From positions 45,411 through 109,410 of the forward strand of contig JAGWBS010000010.1 in assembly GCA_021295775.1 (NCBI GenBank): DNA of 64,000 bases, read 5' to 3'. The position numbers and the translations under genes are program-made. This DNA comes from Pseudomonadota bacterium (GTDB lineage Bacteria > Myxococcota_A > UBA9160 > SZUA-336). Positions 48,510-59,871 of this stretch are shown one piece after another (positions within the stretch are counted from its first letter, which is position 1; each line of letters starts with the position of its first letter). Below the pieces are notes generated by a model. It was not told the DNA's origin, did not search any database, and saw nothing but the letters and a program-made list of their open reading frames with translations.

Positions 48510-48534
48510 AGCCGGCGGCGGTCCGGTGCGGCGC

Positions 48535-49857
48535 ATGACGTCCCCCAGACGCCATTTCCCGCGCAGCATGGTGGCGTTGAGCTGCACGCTGCTGCAGGTC
48601 TGTTTCGGGACGGTCTACGCCTGGAGCTTCTTCCAGACTCCGCTGGTGCACGGCTTCGGCTGGACCTTCACGGAGACGGCCTGGGCCTTCAGCACCGCGA
48701 TCTTCTCTCTAGGCGTATCGGCCGCCTGGGCGGGTTCGGCGCTGCCCCGGCTGGGCCCCCGCAAGCTGGCCACGCTGGGCAGCCTGATGTTCGCGGGCGG
48801 CTATCTGATCGCGAGCCTCGCGTTGCGACTGGACCTGATCCCGCTCTTCTACCTCGGCTACGGGGTGATCGGGGGCGCCGGCATCGGGCTGGGCTACGTG
48901 ACTCCCGTCTCGACGGTCGCCCAGTGGTTCCCGGACCGCAAAGGCCTGATGACCGGGATCGTGGTGATGGGTTTCGGGGTGGGCGCGCTGATGATGAGCA
49001 AGGGCCTGGCGCCGTTTCTCATCCTCCAGACTCAGAACGACCAGGTTCAGGTCTTTCTCTGGCTCGGGATCATCTTCGCGGCCGTCCTGATCCCTTCCAG
49101 CGCGATCCTGAGCGCGCCGCCGGCCGACCACGCCGCGGTGGTCGGGCCCAGCGGGGGCGGGGCGCCGGACGACTCCCCCGACGAGGTCGGACCGTGTCTG
49201 CGCTCGTCCGAATTCATCCTGATGTGGTTCGTGTTCTTCTTCAACATTTCGGCCGGGATCACGATCATCGGCTTCCAGTCGCCGCTGCTGCAGGAAGTCT
49301 GGGGGATGGCCGATCCCTCGCTGGAGCCGGAAACGCTGGCCGGCTACGGCGCGACCCTGATCGCGGTCAGCTCGATTTTCAACGGGGTGGGGCGCCTGTT
49401 CTGGGGGCTGCTCTCCGACAGCATCGGCCGGGTGCGGGTGTTCCGGATTCTGCTCGCCAGTCAGATGATCGTCTTCGGCATCCTGATGACGGAACGCAAC
49501 CCTTGGATTTTCTCGGCCCTGGTGTGCTACGTGCTGCTCTGCTTCGGGGGAGGCTTCGCGACCATGCCTTCCTTCATCGGGGACGTCTTCGGCACCAAGA
49601 AGATGTCGGCGATCTACGGCGCCGTGCTGACGGCCTGGGCGGCGGCCGGCATCTTCGGGCCGCTGTACGTCGGTCACCTGAAGGACCAGTACCCCGATCG
49701 GGCGGTGCTCTACTGCTTCCTGATCGGGATTCCGCTGCTCGGACTCGGATACGTGTTCTCCTACCTGCTGAGCGACGACCGCATCCGGCTGCGGCGGCCG
49801 ACGCTGGCGAGCACCCTGAGGGAGTTCGGCCTTCCGCTGCCTCGCACCGGCGGCTGA
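48535..49857 (+). CDS. MFS transporter, oxalate/formate antiporter (OFA)-like
   Basis: 440 aa from MTSPRRHF. 12 TM segments. OFA-like motifs GTVYAWSFF and GYVTPVSTVAQWFPDRKGLMTGI. Confidence 0.85.
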   Translation: MTSPRRHFPRSMVALSCTLLQVCFGTVYAWSFFQTPLVHGFGWTFTETAWAFSTAIFSLGVSAAWAGSALPRLGPRKLATLGSLMFAGGYLIASLALRLDLIPLFYLGYGVIGGAGIGLGYVTPVSTVAQWFPDRKGLMTGIVVMGFGVGALMMSKGLAPFLILQTQNDQVQVFLWLGIIFAAVLIPSSAILSAPPADHAAVVGPSGGGAPDDSPDEVGPCLRSSEFILMWFVFFFNISAGITIIGFQSPLLQEVWGMADPSLEPETLAGYGATLIAVSSIFNGVGRLFWGLLSDSIGRVRVFRILLASQMIVFGILMTERNPWIFSALVCYVLLCFGGGFATMPSFIGDVFGTKKMSAIYGAVLTAWAAAGIFGPLYVGHLKDQYPDRAVLYCFLIGIPLLGLGYVFSYLLSDDRIRLRRPTLASTLREFGLPLPRTGG

Positions 49858-49863
49858 TCGTGC

Positions 49864-50784
49864 TCAGTCGTGCGCCTCGGGCAGCACCTCCTCGATCAGG
49901 CGCCGGGTCTGATCCATCAGATCGGCCATGTCCGCGGCCAGCGGGCGCAGCACGAACTTGGAGATTCCGGCGTCCTTGTAGCGCTCCACCTGCGCCAGGA
50001 TCTCGTCCGCGCCCCCCACGGCGAAGTACTGCTCGGGATCGAGATCGCGCTGGAAGGCGGTGAAGGCGCGGCGAGTCCGCGCCACGACCGGATGGTCGCC
50101 GGAGCCGAAACGGTAGGAGAACCCCGCCCCGTAGTGGTCCGGATCGATGCTGCGCCCGCAGCTCTCCAGTTCCCGCCGGATGGCCTCGACCACCGGAGCG
50201 ACCTGGGCGGCGGTCTGGATGCCCGCCAGCCAGCCGGTGCCGAGGCGTGCCGTGCGCCGGATCGCCGCCGGGCTGCTGCCGCCGATCCACAGCGGCAGCG
50301 GGCGCTGGACGGGCTTGGGCGAGATGCTGACGCCGTCGTAGCGGTAGAATTCGCCCTCGAAGCGGACGTCGTCCTCCTCCCACAGTCGCGCGAGCAGTCC
50401 CAGGGCTTCGTCCGCGCGCCGCCCGCGGCCTTTGGACCCGATGCCGGTGGCGGTCCACTCGCGCAGCTGGGGGGCGCCCAGTCCGAAGGCCGGCAGCAGG
50501 CGGCCGTCCGAGAGGTAGTCGATCGTCGCGCACTCCTTGGCCAGCACCAGCGGGTCGCGGAACGAGATCGAAACCACGCTCATGCCGAACTTCAGACGGC
50601 GCGTGCGTCCGGCGAGCGCGGCCATCAGGCTCATCGGCTCGAGCAGCGGGTCGGTTGAGATCAGCCGGTCGCTCTGCCACAGCGAGTCGACGGCGCTGTC
50701 CTCGCACAGGTCCACCCACTCCCACAGATCGGAGGCGCCCTCGAAGGGGTGGCCCGCGAGCCCGAGCCCGATGCGTACGCTCAT
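49864..50784 (-). CDS. LLM-class (luciferase-like) flavin/F420-dependent oxidoreductase
   Basis: 306 aa from MSVRIGLGL (tail of ORF 49864..50964). Typical LLM pattern (FGMSVV.., PKPVQRPLPLWIGGSS). ATGA overlap with xthA. Confidence 0.85.
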   Translation of the reverse strand: MSVRIGLGLAGHPFEGASDLWEWVDLCEDSAVDSLWQSDRLISTDPLLEPMSLMAALAGRTRRLKFGMSVVSISFRDPLVLAKECATIDYLSDGRLLPAFGLGAPQLREWTATGIGSKGRGRRADEALGLLARLWEEDDVRFEGEFYRYDGVSISPKPVQRPLPLWIGGSSPAAIRRTARLGTGWLAGIQTAAQVAPVVEAIRRELESCGRSIDPDHYGAGFSYRFGSGDHPVVARTRRAFTAFQRDLDPEQYFAVGGADEILAQVERYKDAGISKFVLRPLAADMADLMDQTRRLIEEVLPEAHD

Positions 50785-51605
50785 TTCGTCTCCAGGTCCG
50801 CCATCACGGGGGCGTGATCGGAGGCCGTCAGGCCGTTCTTTTTCTTGCGGTAATCGCGGTCGATCTCCACGCGGGTCACGCGCTCCAGCAGCGGGCGGGT
50901 CGCGAGCAGGAAGTCGATCCGCAGGCCCTGGCGCTTGTGGAAGGCCCCGCCCCGATAGTCCCACCAGGAGAACTCGCGCGCCTCGGGACGGCGCTGGCGG
51001 AAGATGTCGGTCAGCCCCCAGTCGAGCAGGCTCCGGACGCGGCCGCGCTCCGCCTCGGTGTGAAAGATCCCGCCTCCCAGGTCCGGTTCGTTCCAGGTGT
51101 CGAGTTCACTCGGACAGACGTTGAAGTCGCCGCCCAGGACCAGAGGCTGCCGGGGATCGTGGCTCGAGCGAAGATACTCCGACAGGGAGTCGTACCAGTC
51201 GAGCTTGCGGGCGTAGTCGGCATGCTCGAGGGTCTTGCCGTTGGGGCAGTACAGGCTGGCGAAGCTCAGTCCGTCCACCTCCGCGAGCAGCAGGCGCGCT
51301 CCGAAACCCTCCTGGCCGGGAAGTCCGCGCTGCACCACCCGCAGCGGCCCGCGAGCCAGGATCGCCACGCCGTTCCAGCTCTTCTGGCCGTGGGTGACGG
51401 CCCGGTAGCCGGCCTGTTCGAAGACGTCGTGGGGAAACTGCTCGTCGGTGAGCTTCAGCTCCTGCAGGCCCACCACGTCGGGACGGCGGGCCGCCAGCCA
51501 GTGCAGCACGAAATCCAGCCGGGCCCTCAGCCCATTGACGTTCCAGGTGGCGACGCGCAGGAACCTACTCTCCTCGGGGCGCGCCAGGGTATCATCTGGG
51601 CCCAT
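50781..51605 (-). CDS. xthA: exodeoxyribonuclease III
   Basis: Motifs [25 protein letters not shown] and SDHAPV. The start is either ATG 51605, which overlaps the msrA ATG inside a CCATGG palindrome, or CTG 51560. Confidence 0.9.
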   Translation of the reverse strand: MGPDDTLARPEESRFLRVATWNVNGLRARLDFVLHWLAARRPDVVGLQELKLTDEQFPHDVFEQAGYRAVTHGQKSWNGVAILARGPLRVVQRGLPGQEGFGARLLLAEVDGLSFASLYCPNGKTLEHADYARKLDWYDSLSEYLRSSHDPRQPLVLGGDFNVCPSELDTWNEPDLGGGIFHTEAERGRVRSLLDWGLTDIFRQRRPEAREFSWWDYRGGAFHKRQGLRIDFLLATRPLLERVTRVEIDRDYRKKKNGLTASDHAPVMADLETK

Positions 51606-52236
51606 GGGATTTTTCGAGAAGACCCGCATCCCGCGCGCCGAGGACGCTCTTCCCGGGCGGGACGCCAAGATGCCCGTCGCCGACCGGCACGTGGTCCTGG
51701 GCCGCGCCCTGCTGCCGCCTTTTCCGGAGCAGCTCGAGTGCGGTCTCTTCGGCCTGGGCTGCTTCTGGGGCGCGGAGCGCAAGTTCTGGGAGACCCCGGG
51801 AGTGTGGACGACCGCCGTCGGCTACGCCGCGGGCCACACCCCCAACCCGACCTACGAGGAGGTGTGTTCCGGACTGACCGGCCACAACGAAGTCGTGCGG
51901 GTGGTTTTCGACCCCCAGGCGGTCTCCTACGCCGACCTGCTGGCGGTTTTCTGGGAAACCCACGACCCCACCCAGGGGATGCGCCAGGGCAACGACGTGG
52001 GAACGCAGTACCGCTCGGGGATCTACGTCTACTCCCGCGAGCAGGAAGAGGCGGCGCTGGCCTCCAGCGACGCCTTCCAGAAGGCCTTGTCGGAGAGCGG
52101 CTACGGGCCGGTCACCACCGAAATCCTGGACGCGCCCCGGTTCTACTACGCCGAGGACTACCACCTGCTGTACGTGGCGAAGAATCCGCTGGGCTACTGC
52201 GGGGTCGGCGGAACCGGCGTCTGCATCCCCGCCTAG
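51604..52236 (+). CDS. msrA: peptide-methionine (S)-S-oxide reductase
   Basis: 210 aa. MGFFEK...DALPGR...MPVA aligns with the E. coli MsrA N-terminus. Catalytic GLGCFWGAE. Confidence 0.92.
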   Translation: MGFFEKTRIPRAEDALPGRDAKMPVADRHVVLGRALLPPFPEQLECGLFGLGCFWGAERKFWETPGVWTTAVGYAAGHTPNPTYEEVCSGLTGHNEVVRVVFDPQAVSYADLLAVFWETHDPTQGMRQGNDVGTQYRSGIYVYSREQEEAALASSDAFQKALSESGYGPVTTEILDAPRFYYAEDYHLLYVAKNPLGYCGVGGTGVCIPA

Positions 52237-53242
52237 CTGAGCGCAGCCAGGCCAGACAGCGCGCGCGCTCCAAGATCGGATCGACAGCCGAGCGCTCCGC
52301 GACCGCGGCGTAGCGCGCGCGCAGCGCCGCCAGCGACTTGGCGTGGTATTTCTGCACCTGCTGCGTCCAGCGGCCGTCGGGAAGGTCGACTTCCAACTCG
52401 TCCCGGCCCGCCTCCAGCGCGCGAGCGTTCGCGTCGCTCCAGGGCAGGAAGCGCTCCCCGACCTGGCGCTTCAGCAGCGGCATCAGGGTGGGTTCGAGCG
52501 CCTCCCAGGACTCCCATGCGCCGCCGGGGGCCGGATCGAGCATGCGCTCAATCCAGCCGAACAGGTTCGGGTGCCGATCGCCGATGATCCCGCGCGGGGT
52601 CGGGTCGGTCCAGGCGTTGTAGATCTGGCCCCAAAGTCCGAAGTCCCCGAACGACGGCCGGGAACCGAACAGGAACGGTCGCCCGGAGAGATGGGCTTCC
52701 AGTTGGCCGATCGCCTCTTCGAAGCCGGCTTCGATCGCCGCCTGGGTGCTCTCCGAAGAGCCCACGAAATACAGGCGTCCGGTCATGCGCTTGCGCACGG
52801 CGGCCGCCACCTGGGCCAGCCGTTCTTCGTCCGCGGAATCGCCCGAGAGCTCCGCGGCGATGCGCGCGGAGGCGGAGAGCTGGTCGGCTTCGCGCCACCA
52901 GCGGTAATGGAACATCCACTTGTTGCCCCACTCGTCGCCGAACTCCTCGAGCAGCGCCGAGACGAATGCCGTCGCCGGGTCCTGCGGGTGGATCGACGGT
53001 TCGGGATGCTCCGCTTCGAGCGCCTCGATGATCGGCGTCGAGTCCTGCAGGCCGACGTCCTGCGGCGTGACCAGCAGCGGGATCAGGGGCAGCTTGGCGT
53101 GCTTCTCGTAGCGCTTCTCGGGGTCTCCGGAGCGCGAGAGCCAGTCGTGCCGCAGACCTTTGTAGCGCAGGTAGGAACGGACTTTGACCGAGTAGGGCGA
53201 AACCTCGGCGCCGAAGAGCAGGTAGGGATCGGGCATGGGCAT
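52112..53242 (-). CDS. glutathione S-transferase family protein
   Basis: 376 aa. Thioredoxin-like N-terminus ([23 protein letters not shown]) and a helical C-domain. The last ~40 aa are Arg-rich and antisense to the msrA 3' end, so the true C-terminus is uncertain. Confidence 0.72.
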   Translation of the reverse strand: MPMPDPYLLFGAEVSPYSVKVRSYLRYKGLRHDWLSRSGDPEKRYEKHAKLPLIPLLVTPQDVGLQDSTPIIEALEAEHPEPSIHPQDPATAFVSALLEEFGDEWGNKWMFHYRWWREADQLSASARIAAELSGDSADEERLAQVAAAVRKRMTGRLYFVGSSESTQAAIEAGFEEAIGQLEAHLSGRPFLFGSRPSFGDFGLWGQIYNAWTDPTPRGIIGDRHPNLFGWIERMLDPAPGGAWESWEALEPTLMPLLKRQVGERFLPWSDANARALEAGRDELEVDLPDGRWTQQVQKYHAKSLAALRARYAAVAERSAVDPILERARCLAWLRSARRGCRRRFRRPRSSPADSSPRTAGGSPRRSRTGARPGFRW

Positions 53243-53300
53243 CTCCCGGGCCGGCTCGCCGACCTTCGCTGTTGGAGGTTCCCAGCTTACACTCCGCCCG

Positions 53301-55517
53301 ATGGGAAGCCGGCGCGAGCTGGTGCTGGTCGGAGGCGGTCACGCCCACGTCCAGGTTCTGCGGCGCTGGATGATGCGTCCGCTGCCGGACGTGCGCCTGA
53401 CGCTGGTCGTCGACCGGCCGGAAGCGGTCTATTCGGGCATGGTCCCGGGTTTCGTGGCCGGCGACTACACCGCCGGCGAAATCGAGATCGACGTGGTTCC
53501 GCTGGCGCGCCGCGCGCGTGCCGCCGTGGAGCTCGCGCCCGCGCTGTCGATCGACCCCGTGCGGCGGCGGATCGAAGTCGCCGGCCGGCCCTCTCTGGGC
53601 TACGACGTGGCCAGCCTGGACTTCGGAGCGGGAGTGCGCGGAACGGACCTGCCCGGGGTGCGGGAGCACGCTCTGGCCACTCGCCCGATCCGTACCCTGG
53701 TCGACCGGTTGGCCGCCGCTCTCGGCGCGGTTGGCGGCGCCAAGGGAGCCGGAAGGCCACGCCTCGCGGTGGTCGGAGCGGGCGTGGCGGGCATGGAGCT
53801 GGCCTTCACGCTCGCCGCGAGGCTGGAGGCCGATGGGACACAGAGCGAACTGACGGTCTACACCGACACCGATGAGCCCGTACCGGGCTACTCCCCCGGC
53901 GCGGCCCGGCGCGTGGCCCGCCTGGCGGCCGAGAGGGGAATCCGCCTGCACACCGGCAGACCGGTGACCGGAGTGGAGCCGGGGACGCTGTGGCTGGGGG
54001 AGGAGCGCGCCGCGGCGGATCTGGTGGTGTGGGCGGCGGGAGCCGCCCCCGCGGACCGCCCCGACGCGTCCAGGCTGCCGCGCGATGCCCAGGGCTTCGT
54101 GCGCGTCGATCGCACGCTCGAGGTGCGGGGGCACGAAGGCCTGTTCGCGGCCGGCGACTGCGCCTCGCTGGACGCCTTCCCGTCGCTCCCCAAGGCCGGG
54201 GTCTACGCGGTCCGGCAGGGATCTTGCCTGGACGCGAACCTGCGCGCCCGGCTGACCGGCCGCGGCCTGCGCGATTACCGGCCGCAGAGGGATTTCCTGT
54301 CGCTTCTGAACCTGGGAAACCGCTCGGCCATGGCCTCCAAGTGGGGGCTGCACGCGGCGGGTCCTTGGGTCTGGCGCTGGAAGGACCGGATCGATCGAAG
54401 ATTCATGCGTCGCTTTAAAGTCCTGGAAGAAGACGGCGAGAAATCAACCGATTTCCCAGATCCGGAATCCATGGGAATGGAGCCCATGGAGTGCGGCGGG
54501 TGCGCGGCCAAGCTCGCCGCCAGCAGTCTGGAGCGGGCCTTGAGCCGGCTTGAAGCGCCACGGGCCGATCCCAGCGTGCTGCTGGGCCTGGATCGGCCCG
54601 ACGACGCCGCGGCCTGGACCACGATGCGAGGCGACGTGGTGCTGGCCACGATCGACGCTTTTCGGGCATTTGCGGACGACCCCTGGCTGGTCGGCCGCGT
54701 GGCCGCGGTCAACGCGGTCAGCGACGTCCTGGCCAAGGGCGGCACGCCGCGCCACGCGCTGGCGCTGGTCGGCCTTCCCGAGCTTGCCGAGAGCGCCGCC
54801 GAAGAACTGCTCTACCAGACGCTCGCCGGCGTGCGCGCGGCGCTTGACCCCGAGGGGGTCAGCCTGGTCGGTGGTCACACCACGCAGGGGCCGGAACTCT
54901 ACGTCGGCGTTTCCATCACCGGGGAGCTTCCGTCCGACACGAACGCGTTGCCGCTGGCCGGACTCCGCCCCGGCGACGCGCTCTTGCTGACCAAACCTCT
55001 GGGAACGGGCGTGCTGCTGGCGGCCGACATGCAGGGACTCGCGCGAGGCGCCTGGGTGCAGAGCGCCTACGCCGGCATGCTGCGCTCGAACTCCGCGGCC
55101 GCGCGGGCCGCGCGGGCCCTGGACGCGAGCGCCTGTACCGACGTGAGCGGCTTCGGGCTGGCGGGCCATCTGGCCGAGATGCTCCGCGCCGGCGGGGTGA
55201 CGGCTCGACTGGACAGGGACGCCTTGCCGGCTCTGCCCGGTTCCCTGGAGCTGTTGCGCCGCGGGCTGCGCAGCACCTTCCACCACCAGAACTCGGGCGG
55301 TTCCTTCGGGGTTCGCGCGCGCCCTGGGAACTCCGGCGAGGGACGCGTCGAACTGCTCTTCGACCCGCAGACCTCCGGCGGACTGCTGTTCGGCGTCGTG
55401 GAGGAACGGGCCCGCGAGGCCCTCCAGCGCCTGAAGGAAGACGGCGATGCGGACGCCGCGATCATCGGACAGGTGAGGCCGGCGGGACCGGAAGAGCCGC
55501 TAATCGACGTCGTCTGA
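53301..55517 (+). CDS. selD: bifunctional FAD-dependent pyridine-nucleotide-disulfide oxidoreductase (NDH-2-like) / selenide, water dikinase
   Basis: 738 aa from MGSRRELVLVGGGHAH. N-terminal half has two Rossmann motifs (GGGHAH, VVGAGVAGME). C-terminal half is SelD/PurM-like: CGGCAAK (Cys 3 residues before Lys), DDAAAW, AAVNAVSDVLAKGG, GGHT, LTKPLGTG and TDVSGFGLAGH. Confidence 0.9.
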   Translation: MGSRRELVLVGGGHAHVQVLRRWMMRPLPDVRLTLVVDRPEAVYSGMVPGFVAGDYTAGEIEIDVVPLARRARAAVELAPALSIDPVRRRIEVAGRPSLGYDVASLDFGAGVRGTDLPGVREHALATRPIRTLVDRLAAALGAVGGAKGAGRPRLAVVGAGVAGMELAFTLAARLEADGTQSELTVYTDTDEPVPGYSPGAARRVARLAAERGIRLHTGRPVTGVEPGTLWLGEERAAADLVVWAAGAAPADRPDASRLPRDAQGFVRVDRTLEVRGHEGLFAAGDCASLDAFPSLPKAGVYAVRQGSCLDANLRARLTGRGLRDYRPQRDFLSLLNLGNRSAMASKWGLHAAGPWVWRWKDRIDRRFMRRFKVLEEDGEKSTDFPDPESMGMEPMECGGCAAKLAASSLERALSRLEAPRADPSVLLGLDRPDDAAAWTTMRGDVVLATIDAFRAFADDPWLVGRVAAVNAVSDVLAKGGTPRHALALVGLPELAESAAEELLYQTLAGVRAALDPEGVSLVGGHTTQGPELYVGVSITGELPSDTNALPLAGLRPGDALLLTKPLGTGVLLAADMQGLARGAWVQSAYAGMLRSNSAAARAARALDASACTDVSGFGLAGHLAEMLRAGGVTARLDRDALPALPGSLELLRRGLRSTFHHQNSGGSFGVRARPGNSGEGRVELLFDPQTSGGLLFGVVEERAREALQRLKEDGDADAAIIGQVRPAGPEEPLIDVV

Positions 55518-56236
55518 GCCCGCGGGCCGGTGCAGGTCGATCACGCTTCCGCTCGGAGCGTCTCCCAGCAGGATCTCCCAGATCTCGCGGGCCGCCTCGC
55601 GCGGTTCGCGCAGACTCCCGCCCCGTTTCAGCTGCCGGAACTCCTCCACCCAGCCGAAGCGCTCGGCGTCCTGGGATCGCGCCCGCTCCTGCATGGCGGT
55701 ATCCAGGATTCCCGGAGCGATGGAGAGCAGCCGGCAGCCCGAGCCCCGCGGCGGAGCGGGTTCCGCGGCGACCGTCCGGACCCAGTGGTCCAGCGCGGCC
55801 TTGCCCGGTCCGTACACCGACCAGCCCGGGTAGACCAGGAAGGCGGCGCCCGAGCTGACCATGGCGAGCGTCGCGCGGGTTCGGGCTCGCCCCAGCGCGC
55901 TCAGGAAAGCCTGGCCCAGCACGGGTCCCGCCGCGGCGTTGAGCAGGATCGCGCGGCGATAGGCGTCCGCTCCGGCGCGCGCCGCCAGCTCGATCGGCTC
56001 GAGGGTGCCCGCAGCATGGACGAACACGGCGCGCTCGCCGCGGAAGCCGTCGAGCTCGCGCTCGAAGGCCTCGGCGGTCCGATCCCAGCCCTCGGGAGAA
56101 GACAGGTCGGCCCGCACGGACTCCAGGCCGGCCGCGCCTCGCCGGCTGATGTCGATGCAGCGCGCCTCGAAGGGCAGGGTGTCGGCCAGCGCGGCGCCCA
56201 GACCGCTGGACGCGCCGCTGATGAAGACCAGGCCGC

Positions 56237-56240
<4 letters not shown>
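55500..56240 (-). CDS. SDR family oxidoreductase
   Basis: 246 aa from GTG (VSGLVFISGASSGLGAALA). Catalytic YGPGK. GTGA overlap with the gpmI stop. The 3' end overlaps selD by 18 nt. Confidence 0.8.
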
Positions 56241-57907
<1,667 letters not shown>

Positions 57908-58051
57908 TCGGGCTCCAGCAGGCGTGCGGAATGCTCGCCCGGCCGGCGGACTTGCGCCAGTCCCAGGCCGCCGGAAGCCGACCGGCTGCAAACTGGGTGG
58001 GCGCCGGGTTAGTCTCTGCGGCGCGAACCAAGCCTTACGGGAGAATCTCAG

Positions 58052-59233
58052 ATGAGTTCGCCGCCCTTCGGCCTGTTCGACGCAGACGGCCATTACTACG
58101 AGCCGCGCGACTGTTTCACGCGCTACATCGAACCGAAAATGCGCGAGCGCGCCGTACACGTGCGCGAGGGCGCGGACGGGCAGGAAGAGATCTGGGTGGG
58201 CGAGCGCCCCTGCGTTTGGATCGAGACGCTCTTCGGCTTCGAGCGCACGGCCAAGCCGGGAGCGCTGGAGGAACAGATCCGACTCGCGGGGACGGAGGAA
58301 TACTCGGAAGGCGTCGAACTGGAGATCGGCCCGGAGACGCGCGACCCCGAGGCGCGGCTGGCGCTGATGGACGAGCAGGGGATCGAACGCAGCTTGCTGT
58401 TTCCCTCGCTCGGGGTGTGCGTCGAAGCCTACATGGAGCGCGACGCAGAGCAGACCTACGCCAACCTGCACGCCTTCAACCGCTGGCTGGACGACGATTG
58501 GGGCTTCGTCCACCGCGACCGGCTGTACGCGGCGCCGATGCTCTCGCTGCTCGACGTGGAGCGCGCCACCCGGGAGCTGGACTGGCTGCTGGAGCGCGGC
58601 GCGCGCCTGGTGTGCCTCAAGCCCGGCCCGGTTTCCGGCCGCTCGCCGGCCGATCCGCACTTCGACCCCGTCTGGAGCCGCCTCGCGGAAGCCGGGGTCG
58701 CGGCCGCCTACCACAGCGGGAACGCCGGCTACACCCAGTGGTTCAGTCCGCTCTGGGGAGAGAACGGCTCTCCGGCGGCCCACGCCATGTCGGCGCACCA
58801 GTGGGTCACCTGCTTCGCCGACCGGCCGATCATGGACACGCTCGGCGCACTTGTCTTCCACAACCTGTTCGGCCGCCATCCCGGGCTGCGCGTGCTCAGC
58901 GTGGAGAACGGCTCGCTGTGGGTCGACTACCTGCTCAACACGATGGACCGGATGGTCGGCATGGCCCGCAACGGCCCCTGGCCCGGGGGCCGTCTGAGCG
59001 AAAGACCGAGCGATATCTTCCGCCGGCACGTCTCCGTCTCGCCTTTCCCCTACGACGACATCGTGGCGCTGGCGGCGCGCATCGGATCCGAGCGCGTGCT
59101 CTTCGGCTCCGACTACACGCACCCCGAGGGCCTGGCCGAGCCCGCGGCCTACGGAGGCCGAATCGCGGAGCTGCCGGAAGCGGACCAGCGCCGTATCCTG
59201 CGCGACAACGCGCTGGAGCTGATCGCCGCCTAG
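58052..59233 (+). CDS. amidohydrolase_2 family protein
   Basis: 393 aa. N-terminal LFDADGHYYEP and C-terminal FGSDYTHPE. Confidence 0.85.
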   Translation: MSSPPFGLFDADGHYYEPRDCFTRYIEPKMRERAVHVREGADGQEEIWVGERPCVWIETLFGFERTAKPGALEEQIRLAGTEEYSEGVELEIGPETRDPEARLALMDEQGIERSLLFPSLGVCVEAYMERDAEQTYANLHAFNRWLDDDWGFVHRDRLYAAPMLSLLDVERATRELDWLLERGARLVCLKPGPVSGRSPADPHFDPVWSRLAEAGVAAAYHSGNAGYTQWFSPLWGENGSPAAHAMSAHQWVTCFADRPIMDTLGALVFHNLFGRHPGLRVLSVENGSLWVDYLLNTMDRMVGMARNGPWPGGRLSERPSDIFRRHVSVSPFPYDDIVALAARIGSERVLFGSDYTHPEGLAEPAAYGGRIAELPEADQRRILRDNALELIAA

Positions 59234-59270
59234 CGCCCGCCCACGCGGCACCGAAGACCGCGGGCGGAAC

Positions 59271-59822
59271 TCAGCGCCACTCGAACTCCAGTTCCACGGC
59301 GGGGTTGCGCAGTCCGGGGGTCTCCCCGAGGCGCAGCACCCGCGCGCGCAGGCCGCCCGGCTCCAGATCGAGCAGGCCCACCGTGCCCAGGCGGGGCGAG
59401 AAAAGATGCGGCTGGGTGGGACTGCCGGAGTTGATCTGGAGCACGCCGTCCCGGCGTTCCAGGCGCTCGTAATGGGTGTGCCCGGTGAAGATCACGTGGG
59501 GACGCCGGCCGTCCAGGAAGCGCTCGACCAGCAGGTCGATCGGCCGCTCCTCGGGCTCCATGTCGTGGACCATGGCGATCCGCCAGCCATCGAGTTCGAG
59601 GGCGTGGCGCTCCTTCAGCCGGGGATCGTCCCAGCCGAGGTCGTTGTTGCCGCGGGCGGCCAGGGTGGGCGCGATCCGCTCGAGCCAGTCGAGCACTCCA
59701 GGGGCCACGATGTCGCCGGCGTGCAGGATCAGATCGACGCCCGCGAACGCCTCGCGCACCTCGTCCCAGAGTTCCGGCCGGCGGTTGTTCTGGTGCGTGT
59801 CCGAGAGCAGTCCGAGGCGCAC
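59271..59822 (-). CDS. metallophosphoesterase (YfcE/MJ0936-like)
   Basis: 183 aa with LSDTH, HAGDIV, GNND and TGHTH motifs. Confidence 0.85.
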   Translation of the reverse strand: MRLGLLSDTHQNNRRPELWDEVREAFAGVDLILHAGDIVAPGVLDWLERIAPTLAARGNNDLGWDDPRLKERHALELDGWRIAMVHDMEPEERPIDLLVERFLDGRRPHVIFTGHTHYERLERRDGVLQINSGSPTQPHLFSPRLGTVGLLDLEPGGLRARVLRLGETPGLRNPAVELEFEWR

Positions 59823-59871
59823 GCGCGGCAGGCTAGGCCGAGACCCGGGGACGCGTCAAAGAGAGTCGCCC

